A DNA stretch of 64,000 nt from Rubripirellula sp. (GCA_965216875.1 OZ244207.1:2496001-2560000); one strand, 5' to 3'; counted from the stretch's first letter, positions 28,619 through 39,218 are shown. A program made the numbers and translations. The notes: generated by a model not told the origin, from the letters alone.

Positions 28619-30769
28619 ATGATGTTTTTACGCACGTCGTTGCCAATTGTCGCAAGTCTCTTGCTGGGCTTGGTTGCAAACGCAGACCGTTTGACCCCCG
28701 AAAAGCTCTGGGACCTCTCCCGAATCGGTGGCGCCACGGTCTCGCCCGACGGCAAGCAGATCGCCTACACCGTGACTCGCTACGACCTCAAGGAAAACTC
28801 GGGCGTCACAACGCTCTATGTACAAGCCGTTGACGCATCGGTCAGCGGTGACACCAAGTCAACCGCCTTTGAAACGCCGCTCGCCAACGTTCAAGCGAAA
28901 ACTGTCTTGGCGGACGTCAAAGGACTCGGCTCACTCAATTGGCTTAACCACTCCAGCGGTCAAAAGCTCGTCTACATCGCGCCGGCAAAGATGGCCAATG
29001 GCGAAGACGATGAAGCAACCGAGAAACCTCAAGCCTGGATGACCGACGCCCAAGGCTCCGCCCCGGTCCAGCTAACGAGTGTTGAGCAGGGAATCTCCAA
29101 TCTGATCACCTCGCCATCAGGCGACGCGATTGCCTTTACCGTCGATATCAAGATGGATGCCAAGGTCACGGAAATCTACGAAGACCTGCCCAAAGCAGAT
29201 GCGAGAATCATTGACTCGTTGATGTATCGGCATTGGAACCAATGGCACGACTACGCCTACAGTCACGTCCACGTAGCCAAAATCGATGCGCAAGGTAAGG
29301 CTTCCGAGCCACTTGACTTGATGTCGACGCTGAAGGCCGATTGCCCGTTGCCGCCCTTCGGGGGAAGCGAACAGTTTTCGTTTTCGCCAGACGGCAAAGA
29401 GTTGGCTCTCACGTTGAAGCTGGTCAACAACCCTGCTGAAAGCACCGACAGCGGCATCTACCTTGTTTCGAGCGAAGGCGGAGCACTGAAGAACATCACC
29501 CCTGGCATGCCTGGCTATGACATGTCACCCGCCTACTCTTCGGACGGCCGCACCATTGCATTTCATTCGATGGAGCGTGGAGGATTTGAATCAGACCGCA
29601 ACCGAATCCTTCTCTATGACCGCAATACAGGTGTGACCACCGAAATCACCGAAGGCCTTGATCAAACGACCCACTCGGCGACATGGAGCGAAGACAACAG
29701 CGAACTCTACTTCTACAGCGAAACCCGCGGAACCAACCAGGTCTTCTCGATCCCTGCCGACGGTGGAACGCCAACGCAAGTTTCCCGAGGACGATTCAAC
29801 TTCTCGGTCGTTGCCGATGTTCCCGGAACTGATTTTGTGCTGGCTAAACAGCAGAGCATGTTGCGTCCCACCGAGCTCGCACTGGTCAACGTCGTCACGA
29901 ACCAAGTCACCACCATCACGGACGTCAACGGTGAAATCTACAAAACGCTTGAACTGCCAAGAATCGAAGAACGGTATTTCACGGCAACCGATGGCAAGAA
30001 GATTCACAACTGGGTGATCGTGCCACCTGATTACGATGCGTCGGAAGAAAAGCAATGGCCGATGCTGACGTACTGCCAAGGCGGTCCCCAAGGCCAGATC
30101 GGCCAATGGTTTTCGTATCGCTGGAACTTTCACATGATGGCCTCCAAGGGCTACGTGGTGCTCGCCGTCAACCGTCGCGGAATGCCCGGCTTTGGCCGTC
30201 AATGGAATGATCAGATCAGTGGCGATTGGGGCGGCCAAGCGATGCAAGATATTCTGGCTTCGACCGATGCGATGATCGCCGACCCCACCATCGACCGCAG
30301 CCGAGTTGCTGCGATTGGCGCCAGCTTTGGCGGCTACACGGTCTATTGGATGATGGGCAAGGCCGAGAGTCGGTTCTGCGCCATGATCGCCCACTGCGGT
30401 GTTTTCAATCTCGAGTCCATGTATGGCTCGACCGAAGAGTTATTTTTCGTCAACTGGGACTTAGGTGGTCCCTACTGGAAGAGTGACGACGTTTTGAAAA
30501 AGTACCGCGAGTTTTCACCGCACAGCTTCATTGGCAACTGGAAAACACCGTTGCTTGTCATCCATGGCGAAAAGGATTTTCGAGTGCCCGTCACTCAAGG
30601 GATGGAGGCCTTCACGGCAGCGCAAGTGCAGGGCGTCCCGAGTCGTTTTCTCTACTTTCCAAACGAAGGCCACTGGGTGCTGCAGCCTCAAAACGGCGTC
30701 GTATGGGGACGAGTCTTTTTTGATTGGCTCGATCGCCATTGCAAGACAGGTGAAGAGGCACAGCAGTAG
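28619..30769 (+). CDS. S9-family prolyl oligopeptidase / dipeptidyl-peptidase 5-like, secreted
   Basis: Signal peptide from ATG 28619; SPDG propeller repeats; QGGPQ, GASFGGY, HGEKDFRV, FPNEGHW. Confidence 0.93.
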   Translation: MMFLRTSLPIVASLLLGLVANADRLTPEKLWDLSRIGGATVSPDGKQIAYTVTRYDLKENSGVTTLYVQAVDASVSGDTKSTAFETPLANVQAKTVLADVKGLGSLNWLNHSSGQKLVYIAPAKMANGEDDEATEKPQAWMTDAQGSAPVQLTSVEQGISNLITSPSGDAIAFTVDIKMDAKVTEIYEDLPKADARIIDSLMYRHWNQWHDYAYSHVHVAKIDAQGKASEPLDLMSTLKADCPLPPFGGSEQFSFSPDGKELALTLKLVNNPAESTDSGIYLVSSEGGALKNITPGMPGYDMSPAYSSDGRTIAFHSMERGGFESDRNRILLYDRNTGVTTEITEGLDQTTHSATWSEDNSELYFYSETRGTNQVFSIPADGGTPTQVSRGRFNFSVVADVPGTDFVLAKQQSMLRPTELALVNVVTNQVTTITDVNGEIYKTLELPRIEERYFTATDGKKIHNWVIVPPDYDASEEKQWPMLTYCQGGPQGQIGQWFSYRWNFHMMASKGYVVLAVNRRGMPGFGRQWNDQISGDWGGQAMQDILASTDAMIADPTIDRSRVAAIGASFGGYTVYWMMGKAESRFCAMIAHCGVFNLESMYGSTEELFFVNWDLGGPYWKSDDVLKKYREFSPHSFIGNWKTPLLVIHGEKDFRVPVTQGMEAFTAAQVQGVPSRFLYFPNEGHWVLQPQNGVVWGRVFFDWLDRHCKTGEEAQQ

Positions 30770-30789
30770 GCCGCAGTCACGCTCGCTGG

Positions 30790-30939
30790 AAATTGCACAC
30801 GTTAGCACTCTCCCTTGGGAGAGTCGGGCTCTAAGGCCCGGAGAGGGTATGTATCGATCATTCCCTCCCCGGACTTTGCGTCCGACCCTCCCGCAAGCGG
30901 GAGGGTGATTGTTGGAGCGCGTGCAAGCACACACCCCAC
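30790..30939. repeat. About 130-bp CCCTC(T/C)CC/GGGAG(A/G)G palindromic element (family G) plus a partial family F unit
   Basis: Closely similar inverted copy at 45441-45585. Confidence 0.85.
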
Positions 30940-30964
30940 GGAATAACGGCGCATCGTGAGCGGC

Positions 30965-32281
30965 TTACGACTCAGGCTTGAGCTGCTTGCGAATCTCGGC
31001 GAGCCGTTGTTGCAGCTCCGCTTCGAAACCGCGATCAACCGGTTCGTAATAGGTTCGGTCGACGCCAAGGTAGTCCTGCTCGGCGACGCCACCTTCGCTG
31101 TTATGAGCGTACTTGTAGCCTTCGCCGTGCCCGAGATCCTTTGCGCCCGAGTAGTGTGCGCACCGCAGGGCCTTCGGAATCGGAACGATCTCGTTGTGTC
31201 GAACGTCCTGGATTGCCGCGCCGATGGCGACCGTTGCCGCATTGCTCTTCGGTGCGAGAGCCAAGTAGGCGACCGTTTGACTGAGTGTGAGTTGACACTC
31301 AGGAAGGCCCACAAACTCGCAAGCCTGCATCGCCGCCACGGCAACCTGCAGGGCTTGAGGGTCGGCGTTGCCGATGTCTTCGCTGGCCAAGATCACCAGA
31401 CGCCTGCACAAAAAGCGAATGTCCTCGCCTCCTTCGATCATCCGCGCCAGCCAGTAAAGCCCCGCGTCAACGTCGCTGCCACGAATGCTTTTGATCAATG
31501 CACTGGCAAGGTCGTAGTGATCATCTCCCGTCGCATCATAACCGCCGAGTCGATTGCCCAACGTCTCGGCAGCAATCTCTTTGGTCACGTGATCTGAACT
31601 GCGCACCGCAATCTCGAGCGCCGACAAAGCGCGTCGCGCATCCCCTTCGCACGCACGAGCCAAGTAGTCGCGAGCATCGTCATCGACTTGCGACGATGCA
31701 TCGCCAAGCCCACGCTGACGATCCCCCAGTGAGCGATCGATGAGCACGCGTACATCTTCAGGCGTGAGCGACTGCAACTGAAACAATCGACTTCGACTCA
31801 GAAGTGCGCCATTGACCGCAAAGTAAGGATTGCTTGTTGTCGCGCCGATCAACGAAACAACACCCGCCTCGACGTCTGGCAACAACGCGTCCTGTTGGCT
31901 TTTGCTGAACCGATGGATCTCGTCGATGAACAAAATGGGGCGTGGACCACCTGTTGCAACAATGTCCTGGGCCCAGGCAAGTACTTCACGAACGTCCTTG
32001 ACGCCGCTCGATACTGCACTGAGCGTTCGCAATGTGCTGCCCGTTTCGCTGGCGATCAATTGGGCCAAAGTCGTCTTCCCAGTTCCGGGAGGACCAAACA
32101 GAATGATGGAACCCAGGCGGCCCGCCTCGATCATTCGCCGAAGCAGTTTGCCGTCTCCCAAAATATGTTGCTGGCCTACGTACTCGCCCAGCGACTGCGG
32201 GCGCATACGAGCAGCTAGCGGCTGAGCACTTTGCAGATGATCCTCTTCGGCATCAGCAAACAGTGAACGAGTCTCTGCCAT
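30965..32281 (-). CDS. rarA: Replication-associated recombination protein A (RarA/MgsA)
   Basis: PLAARMRP, GPPGTGKTT, FIDEIHRF, SALIKSIRGSD, ASEDIGNADP, GYKYAH. Start trimmed to MAETR. Confidence 0.95.
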   Translation of the reverse strand: MAETRSLFADAEEDHLQSAQPLAARMRPQSLGEYVGQQHILGDGKLLRRMIEAGRLGSIILFGPPGTGKTTLAQLIASETGSTLRTLSAVSSGVKDVREVLAWAQDIVATGGPRPILFIDEIHRFSKSQQDALLPDVEAGVVSLIGATTSNPYFAVNGALLSRSRLFQLQSLTPEDVRVLIDRSLGDRQRGLGDASSQVDDDARDYLARACEGDARRALSALEIAVRSSDHVTKEIAAETLGNRLGGYDATGDDHYDLASALIKSIRGSDVDAGLYWLARMIEGGEDIRFLCRRLVILASEDIGNADPQALQVAVAAMQACEFVGLPECQLTLSQTVAYLALAPKSNAATVAIGAAIQDVRHNEIVPIPKALRCAHYSGAKDLGHGEGYKYAHNSEGGVAEQDYLGVDRTYYEPVDRGFEAELQQRLAEIRKQLKPES

Positions 32282-32313
32282 TTTGTTTTGCATCCCTTTG
32301 AGCGAACGACAAA

Positions 32314-32796
32314 TTGCAAAAGTCGACCAAACGTCCACGCACCGTTGTGATCCTCTTTCTTTCCATTTTCGCCGTCATCATGTTGAGCATCTTTGCACGA
32401 ATCGACAACTGGCGAAGAGATTGGACCGAAAACTCGGCAGCCTTGGAACCAGACCATTCTGATCCGTCACTGCGTCCGCTACTGCTCGACGCCAATTCGG
32501 CCGCCATCACCGAGTTCCTTGCCGCCTGGGCGGGCGACCAAAAACAGTGGGATTTGCAATCACAATCGGAAATCGACGGAACCATCCAGATACACCTCAC
32601 GCGGACCACAAAGATGCTGGGGTTTGTCGATGACGTTCAAATCGAACTCAAACACGCCGATCAAAAAACGGCGTTCCATGCCGAGAGCCAATCTCGGGTC
32701 GGCAAGGGCGACCTTGGCCAAAACCCACGGAATTTGAAAGAATTGGTCACCGCGGTCTCAGCCAAATTCGCGACCGACAAGCCAACGGACGACTGA
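32314..32796 (+). CDS. DUF1499 domain protein
   Basis: TRTTKMLGFVDDV, SQSRVGKGDLGQNPRN. Confidence 0.85.
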   Translation: MQKSTKRPRTVVILFLSIFAVIMLSIFARIDNWRRDWTENSAALEPDHSDPSLRPLLLDANSAAITEFLAAWAGDQKQWDLQSQSEIDGTIQIHLTRTTKMLGFVDDVQIELKHADQKTAFHAESQSRVGKGDLGQNPRNLKELVTAVSAKFATDKPTDD

Positions 32797-32894
32797 GAGG
32801 GCCCACTGACTGGCCCAGTACGAAAGAATCAGTATTTCGCTGGCTTGGCTATCTTTCGCATAATTCCATTCACCTCTCGCAACAGGATGGAATC

Positions 32895-33779
32895 ATGCAG
32901 CACCAACAACTCAACCCAGAAGAATGGCTCGGGCGACGTCTTGGACGTTACGAAATCACGGGCGTCCTGGGTACGGGCGGCAAGGGGCTGGTCTTCCGCG
33001 CCCACGACACATCGATTGAGCGCGACGTTGCAATCAAGGTGTTGACCGACCAATTGCTGACCGACGAAACCGAACGGTCGCGATTCATTTCCGAAGCCAA
33101 GAGTGCCGGAAAGGTCAAACACACCAACACCGTCACTGTGCATGAGATCGCTCAAGAAGGTGCCTTTTGGTACATCGTGATGGAGGTTGTCGCCGGCGGC
33201 AGCGCAAATGACCGACTCGCTCGCGGCCAAGCCTACGATCCCGCCGATGCAACGCGGATGGCGATCGAAGCGAGTCTCGGACTCAGCGCCGCTCATCAAC
33301 AAGGGTTCGTCCATCGCGACATCAACCCCTCCAATCTTCTGCTCACCGACGATGGGCGGGTGAAGGTGTCTGATTTCCGGCTCGCGAAAAAAACGACATC
33401 GACGACCACCACCACCCTGCAGAACTTGACGCTCGCTGGCCAGCTGATCGGAACGCCCTACTACATGAGCCCCGAGCAATGCGAAGGGGAAAAGGTCGAT
33501 GCGCGAGGTGACATTTACTCACTTGGCGCGACTTACTTTGCCTTGCTAGCCGGCCAGCCACCTTTCGCTGATCTCTCTAGCGATCTGCAAATCATGGTCG
33601 CTCACAGTAGCTACGAACGGCCGAGCCCCGTCGCAGTAAACCCCGATGTTCCCGATGCTTGCGCCCAAATCATTGAGCAGGCAATGGCCATCGATCCGGA
33701 CCAACGGTACCAGACGATGGAAGAAATGCGGGGCGATCTCGAGGCGGTTCACGAGGCACTGGCGGCCGGATACGTCTAG
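32895..33779 (+). CDS. Stand-alone Ser/Thr kinase domain with degenerate motifs (possible pseudokinase or decaying gene)
   Basis: LGTGGKG, VAIK, HRDINPSN, DFR, GTPYYMSPEQ, DIYSLG; no C-terminal domain. Confidence 0.85.
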   Translation: MQHQQLNPEEWLGRRLGRYEITGVLGTGGKGLVFRAHDTSIERDVAIKVLTDQLLTDETERSRFISEAKSAGKVKHTNTVTVHEIAQEGAFWYIVMEVVAGGSANDRLARGQAYDPADATRMAIEASLGLSAAHQQGFVHRDINPSNLLLTDDGRVKVSDFRLAKKTTSTTTTTLQNLTLAGQLIGTPYYMSPEQCEGEKVDARGDIYSLGATYFALLAGQPPFADLSSDLQIMVAHSSYERPSPVAVNPDVPDACAQIIEQAMAIDPDQRYQTMEEMRGDLEAVHEALAAGYV

Positions 33780-33951
33780 CAACCAGGTTGTGATGGTTGA
33801 ACGTCACCGCTCGGCATACTCTCGAACTCTCGTCTTGGCCCCGATCGGGTGACTTTACTATTGTCCCTCTTAGAATGCACCGGTTGCCAGCCTTGAGGCT
33901 CGCCGTCGGTGCGCGAGATCAGTGGATGGATCCACAGCTCAGAGGGAACGG

Positions 33952-35505
33952 ATGGCCAAGCGAAGAAAACCAAGACGCGCCGACGGATGTGCTCCGATCG
34001 AACAGGCTCAAGCCATCCTTGTGCACGGTACCTTCGCAAGCAGCGAGGAAGATTCCGGCGACGCTTGGTGGCAATCAGGCAGCCCGGTTGCTCAAAAACT
34101 ACAAACCCTTGTCCCGTTTTTTGTGAAAGTGGCTGACAAGGGCAACGTCTTTCATTGGTCGGGCGAAAACAGCGACCGAGCACGCAGCAAGGCCGCAGCC
34201 AAACTCTTACGCAAACTGCAAACGCTCGAAGAAGAAGGCCAGGACTATCATCTCGTCGGCCACAGTCATGGCGGATCGGTGATTTGGAATGCGTTGCAGA
34301 TGTCCGTGCTGCTAAAACGCCCGCTCAAACACCTGCAAAGCTGGACGACGATTGGCACGCCGTTCATGCAACATCGCAGTCGCGGAAAAATGAACGTGAT
34401 GAACATCGCAGGTCTCTTACTGGGCCTGCTGTTGCTTTGGCCAGCCTTTGCGGCGCCGCGCCAACTGGTCACCGAACTGACGCACATCGCCACCGACACT
34501 CGAAAGCCCTTGACACTCAAGCCCGACGATCAAGTCGGCTACACGCACATCGTGCGTGCTCCAGTCCTCGCGACCGTGGAATGGATGGGGGTCGACGTCG
34601 AGCGCGGCCCGGACGGTGTCGTTGTTGGCGGGTTCGATCCCAAAGGCGACACAACGCTTGCTCGCTATTACCTCGCGACCCCAGAGGGCTTGTTCCTGCT
34701 GGTTCTTCTCGCGGGAATCTCGTACCTGTTCATTCACGCGAGTGTCTACTGCATCAGTCCGGCGATCGAATCGTTTCGGATACGCATCGAGAATCGCTTG
34801 CGTCGCAAGACGTTCGAAACATACGGAGAAAGGTGGCTGGGAATCTGGTCGCCGGAAGACGAAGCGATCAATGGGTTGCGTGCCACGCTTGATATGTCCG
34901 TTTCGTTCCTGAGCAAGATGGCGCCAAGCGAAGTGGTCTACTTGTCCGACATCATTGGCTTGCTCTCGCGACCCTACTATTGGGTTTTTGCTCCGATCTA
35001 CAATCGCCTCATCCACCCGGCACTCGACAGCAAGATTCGAAATATCGTCGTTCGCGCGGCTCAGGGTAGCGACCGCCCCACTGCGACACTCGTCGACGTG
35101 ATGCCCTACCCGGTCGAACTCGAAGAAGTCACGCCTCAAGCGATTCCATCGCTCTTGAATATCAAGCTGCTCTCCTACGCCAACAAGAACGCTCATGGTC
35201 TGGTTCCCAAACTACGGAACCTGATCGCGACGCCCTCGTTCACATCAAGCCTCGAGCAATTTGGAAAACAGCTCACCGGCAAAGAGCTGGTCCACACCGC
35301 CTACTTCGACCTGGAAGAGATCTTGAAACTGATTGCAGCCAACATGGCGTGGCAATCGGAGGCGCTGGAGACTTCATCAAACCTTCGCGCGATGCCACCG
35401 TGGCTCAACAAGTGGTTCGTCGGCTTCAAACAGTCGCTCAGCGACGCCAGCCCCGTCGACGTCAACACGATACCGGCAGAACGCATCTATCGTAAAGCAA
35501 GCTAG
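33952..35505 (+). CDS. Membrane-associated alpha/beta-hydrolase-like protein
   Basis: LVHGTF, FHWSGENS, VGHSHGG, TIGTPF, two TM segments, late HTAYF. Confidence 0.78.
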   Translation: MAKRRKPRRADGCAPIEQAQAILVHGTFASSEEDSGDAWWQSGSPVAQKLQTLVPFFVKVADKGNVFHWSGENSDRARSKAAAKLLRKLQTLEEEGQDYHLVGHSHGGSVIWNALQMSVLLKRPLKHLQSWTTIGTPFMQHRSRGKMNVMNIAGLLLGLLLLWPAFAAPRQLVTELTHIATDTRKPLTLKPDDQVGYTHIVRAPVLATVEWMGVDVERGPDGVVVGGFDPKGDTTLARYYLATPEGLFLLVLLAGISYLFIHASVYCISPAIESFRIRIENRLRRKTFETYGERWLGIWSPEDEAINGLRATLDMSVSFLSKMAPSEVVYLSDIIGLLSRPYYWVFAPIYNRLIHPALDSKIRNIVVRAAQGSDRPTATLVDVMPYPVELEEVTPQAIPSLLNIKLLSYANKNAHGLVPKLRNLIATPSFTSSLEQFGKQLTGKELVHTAYFDLEEILKLIAANMAWQSEALETSSNLRAMPPWLNKWFVGFKQSLSDASPVDVNTIPAERIYRKAS

Positions 35506-35518
35506 CGCCTTGCCGCTC

Positions 35519-35875
35519 ACCTGTGAGCCGAACGCGCCAGCGTCGGGCCTTGCACTCGATTCCACGTTGTGCGGACGGATGTCATGCGGTGCATGACCTA
35601 CGAAGAGGACGCGGAGCGTCCGAAGCGTGCGTTACCACGCGGAGCGTCCAGAGTGCGTTACCACGCGGGGCGGGGTAACGAGGACGGGCCCAAGAGTGTT
35701 CGTAGTACCGAGCTCTAGGGGGAATCTTCTCATCTGCCGCCTAGTGGCGGGACTACCAACGGCGCTGACCACGCCGAGAGGCTGCGATTCTCTGCACCCC
35801 GAGCTTCAACATCGTCGCCTTTCGCTCCGCAAAAGTTGCGATTGCGGACGCTACTTTCGCGGAGCGAAAGGCGAC
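35519..35875. repeat. BIME-like mosaic of REP families B, E, D, H and C
   Basis: B at 35523, E 35581-35601, D 35605-35683, H 35702-35756, C pair 35814-35875. Confidence 0.85.
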
Positions 35876-35931
35876 ATTCAAAAACTCTGCCGAGCATGGC
35901 GACTCGCGTTGAGCCGTGTCACAATTAGTCC

Positions 35932-37956
35932 ATGACTGACCCCAAGGCTCGAGACGATCAGCGCCCCCAGGAGCAACGTGCGGACGAGCAGCCCGCGGAC
36001 GAATTCGCGACGCAGATTCCCGAGGGGAACGATACGGTAATCCCCGCTGACGATCACTCCACAGTCGATCTGCCCGATCGCAGGCCCCCGATCAGCTCGG
36101 CTCCGATCAATGCGCCCCCGAAGCCAAACCGCTACGACGCCCTGGTGCGTGGCGATCAAATTGGCGATTTTCGCATTCAGCGTTTGCTCGGTCGTGGGAG
36201 TTTTGGCGCGGTCTACCTTGCCCGCGAACTCATGCTTGATCGTCTTGTCGCTTTGAAGGTCGTCCTTCCTGAAGGTCAACGGGCCAGTGACGGTGAGGGT
36301 CGCAATCTTGCGCGCCTAAAACACCCAAACATCGTTGGCGTCTACGGCGAATCAAAAGACAACACCAGTGGCTGCTCACTTCTTTGGATGCAGTTTGTCG
36401 ACGGCAGTAATCTGGCCGCCCTGATCGACCGTTTGCACGGCGGCAGCACACATTCGACGTGGAGCGAGAATGACCTGCGGCGTTTGATGCCCAGTGATCC
36501 AGACAAGCTCGATGACGAAGGCGACACGGTGCGTTCGACGGAAAGCGTGTGCCGGATGGGCCAGAATCTTGCCGACGCGCTCGACCACGCGCACCAAAAA
36601 GGGATCACCCATCGCGACATCAAGCCGGCGAACATCTTGGTTGATCAAGATGGAACGGCACTGCTTGCCGATTTTAACCTTGCTCAGGAAACGGAAGCCT
36701 CTTCAAAGAGTGCTGGGGGAACGATCGCCTACATGGCTCCCGAACAGCTGGCGCGCGTGATCGATCGCGAAAGCGATACAGAAGTTGGACCACGCAGCGA
36801 TGTTTACGCTCTGGGCGTTGTTCTCTGGGAACTTGCCAGCGGCTCGCGGCCTTACGAATCGCTCGAAAGCGATGTTGTAGCCAAAGGCCACCAGCGACTC
36901 AGCGAGTACCTTCGGATCCGAAGTGGCATGGTCGAACTTGATGCCTCGTCGTTGCCAATTGGGCTGGCCGTCGTGCTTCGCCGTGCCGTAATGCCCGAGC
37001 CGTGCAAACGTTACCCTTCGGCCGCTGCACTCGCCACGGCACTCCGAGGACTCGAGCAGCAACAACAAGCCAAACGCAAATCACTTGAGTGTTCGCCAAC
37101 GTCAACGTGGATCCAGCGAAACCTGTTCTGGATCATCTTGGTCGGCGGACTCTTGCCCCACTTCGCCGCCAGCTTCTTTCAGATCGCGTACAACAATGCC
37201 TGGATCACTGGGATGAACCAGGAGGCGTTTCAGAAAGCGTTCATCACGTACAACATCATCATCTACCCAGCCTGCATCACTTGGCTTGCATGGATGCTTC
37301 TGCAGTTTCGTTCTGGATATCGAAAGCTGACCAATCACATCCCCCTGACGCGATCGCGACTGAGGCGTTTGCGGCGTCGACTGTTGAGTTTGCCGCAGCA
37401 ATTCATGATCGTGTCGGCCGTTGGATGGTTTCCTGGCGCGCTTTTGTTTTCCTACCTCGTCGGCCTTTTCGATGGCAAACCGTTGTCAATGGAAGACAAG
37501 TTTCACTTCTTCGTCTCATGGACCGTCGCAGGATTGATCGCAACGACCTACTCCTACTTCGCCGTGTTGTATTTGGTTGTCTGTCACGGATATGGGAATT
37601 GTTGGCAAACGGCAACGCGATATAAAGATCGTGTGCGCAGCGAGCTCTCGGGAATGGAGCCACGGATTGGCATGCTTGCCATTGTCGCCGGGACGCTCCC
37701 CCTTGCCGCGGCTGTTCTGTTGTCGATGATCAACCTGCCCAGCTACAGCGACATCGAGTCAATGAAGAACGTCATTCTCAATATGCCGTCCGAGGAAGCC
37801 GCTGAAATCGTTGGCCACCGTGGGATCCAAATCCAAAGGCTAACCCAATTGGTCATTGCACTGATCGTGTTCGGAGTGATCGGCCTTTACGCGGTCAACA
37901 AGTTCGCGACACGAATCACGCGAACCATCCGCGCCCTAGCACTACTCGACCGTTGA
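35932..37956 (+). CDS. Ser/Thr protein kinase with multi-TM C-terminal domain
   Basis: LGRGSFGAV, VALK, HRDIKPAN, DFN, GTIAYMAPEQ; about 6 TM helices. Confidence 0.92.
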   Translation: MTDPKARDDQRPQEQRADEQPADEFATQIPEGNDTVIPADDHSTVDLPDRRPPISSAPINAPPKPNRYDALVRGDQIGDFRIQRLLGRGSFGAVYLARELMLDRLVALKVVLPEGQRASDGEGRNLARLKHPNIVGVYGESKDNTSGCSLLWMQFVDGSNLAALIDRLHGGSTHSTWSENDLRRLMPSDPDKLDDEGDTVRSTESVCRMGQNLADALDHAHQKGITHRDIKPANILVDQDGTALLADFNLAQETEASSKSAGGTIAYMAPEQLARVIDRESDTEVGPRSDVYALGVVLWELASGSRPYESLESDVVAKGHQRLSEYLRIRSGMVELDASSLPIGLAVVLRRAVMPEPCKRYPSAAALATALRGLEQQQQAKRKSLECSPTSTWIQRNLFWIILVGGLLPHFAASFFQIAYNNAWITGMNQEAFQKAFITYNIIIYPACITWLAWMLLQFRSGYRKLTNHIPLTRSRLRRLRRRLLSLPQQFMIVSAVGWFPGALLFSYLVGLFDGKPLSMEDKFHFFVSWTVAGLIATTYSYFAVLYLVVCHGYGNCWQTATRYKDRVRSELSGMEPRIGMLAIVAGTLPLAAAVLLSMINLPSYSDIESMKNVILNMPSEEAAEIVGHRGIQIQRLTQLVIALIVFGVIGLYAVNKFATRITRTIRALALLDR

Positions 37957-37961
37957 CAAAA

Positions 37962-38247
37962 GTAGGTCATGCTGTGCATGACACCCGCCTATTGTCATAC
38001 AACGAACCGTCATTCCTGCTGACCGGTGAGCCGAACGCGCTAGCGTCGGGCCTTACGCTCAATTCCGCGTCATGCGGATACGTGTCATGCCGAACCGTCA
38101 TTCCTGCTGACCTGTGAGCCGAACGCGCTAGCGTCGGGCCTTACCTCGATTCCGCGTGATGCGGATACGTGTCATGCGGAGCATGACCTACGAAGAGGAC
38201 GCGGAGCGTCCAAAGAGTGCGTTACCACGCGGAGCGTGGTAACGAGG
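37962..38247. repeat. BIME-like mosaic: E, tandem 88-bp B-containing unit x2, E, D
   Basis: Tandem units start at 38003 and 38091; 38110-38247 matches 35519-35683. Confidence 0.88.
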
Positions 38248-38254
38248 TCAGAGG

Positions 38255-38842
38255 TCAGCGAATGGGTATTGGCGCCGTTGTCGTCGGAAGTCTTCGCAGA
38301 TTCCAGCTGCCTGGGATATCGGGCGAATAGACCAAAAGCGCGTCCTCGCGAATCATGAGCCGCTGTTGATCGCTAAGTGGTGGAGCGACGCGAATCGGCG
38401 ACTTCACAAGGAAAGCCAGAGTCTTGTTGGCGAGACGTTTGACCAACTCCTCTTCACTCAGCTGATCGCCTTCAAGCGTCCAGGCCGCGATTTTGAACAG
38501 CGGTAAGGTCAATTCCATTGGCTTGGCTTCGAGCGATCGCTGGACGACCTCTTCGGTGTAGGGCATAGCGACTATGTAAGTTTGCTCCTCTTCCTTTCCA
38601 TCCTTCAACACCGTGCGTGTCCGTTTTTCCTTGCGCACCTTTACGACCGAAACGGTCTTCTCCACCGATTCAGCGCGGTTCCAGCGGATCACAGTCGACG
38701 CAACTTCCTCGTCTGCGGCTGGTTCAAGGACAGCAACATCATTGAGCGTGAACGGAAGCTCCTCAGCCGCAAAAGCTGAACTTGTTGTCGCGATACTCGC
38801 CAGCATCACCGCTCCCGCGAGAGAGGCTTTCCGAAGCCTCAT
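38255..38842 (-). CDS. Secreted hypothetical protein
   Basis: Signal peptide MRLRKASLAGAVMLASIATTSSAFA; strand-rich V/K/T segment. Start trimmed from 38929. Confidence 0.7.
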   Translation of the reverse strand: MRLRKASLAGAVMLASIATTSSAFAAEELPFTLNDVAVLEPAADEEVASTVIRWNRAESVEKTVSVVKVRKEKRTRTVLKDGKEEEQTYIVAMPYTEEVVQRSLEAKPMELTLPLFKIAAWTLEGDQLSEEELVKRLANKTLAFLVKSPIRVAPPLSDQQRLMIREDALLVYSPDIPGSWNLRRLPTTTAPIPIR

Positions 38843-39218
38843 CAAAACACTGCGCTGCCCATTCACTGCACTGCGCTGCGTGATCACTGCCCTGCGCTGT
38901 GCCGAGCGCACCTTCCATAAAGCTCGCATGCCTATTACCCCAATATGCGTGTTTGGTGAGCAGAAGAGAAATGCAGTCTACGGGCTTGCCGTGAGCGGGG
39001 CAAACACTGCACAGACCCTCATCCAGTTCCAGCTGTGTCGATTGGTGCAGTTTTGTCGATCTTTTCGCAGCCGGCGCGCCCGGACGAAATCAGTTTTGGG
39101 GCCTAAGTCAGAGACAATTCCGCCGACACCTCATTCCACGGTCTTGAACGCACGCGTGACAGATCATAATGGGAGTGTGCATTCGATTTGCAAGAGATTC
39201 CAAACAACAGAGACGTAA

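Noticed and set aside
37962..38247. Possible CRISPR array (regularly spaced palindromic repeats)
   Set aside because: The 'spacers' are themselves duplicated, there are only two units, there are no cas genes, and the same repeats are scattered singly elsewhere; this is a REP mosaic.
38990..39030. GGGGCAAAC motif suggestive of a c-di-GMP-I riboswitch
   Set aside because: No GNRA-capped stem or downstream GACGCAAAG element follows.
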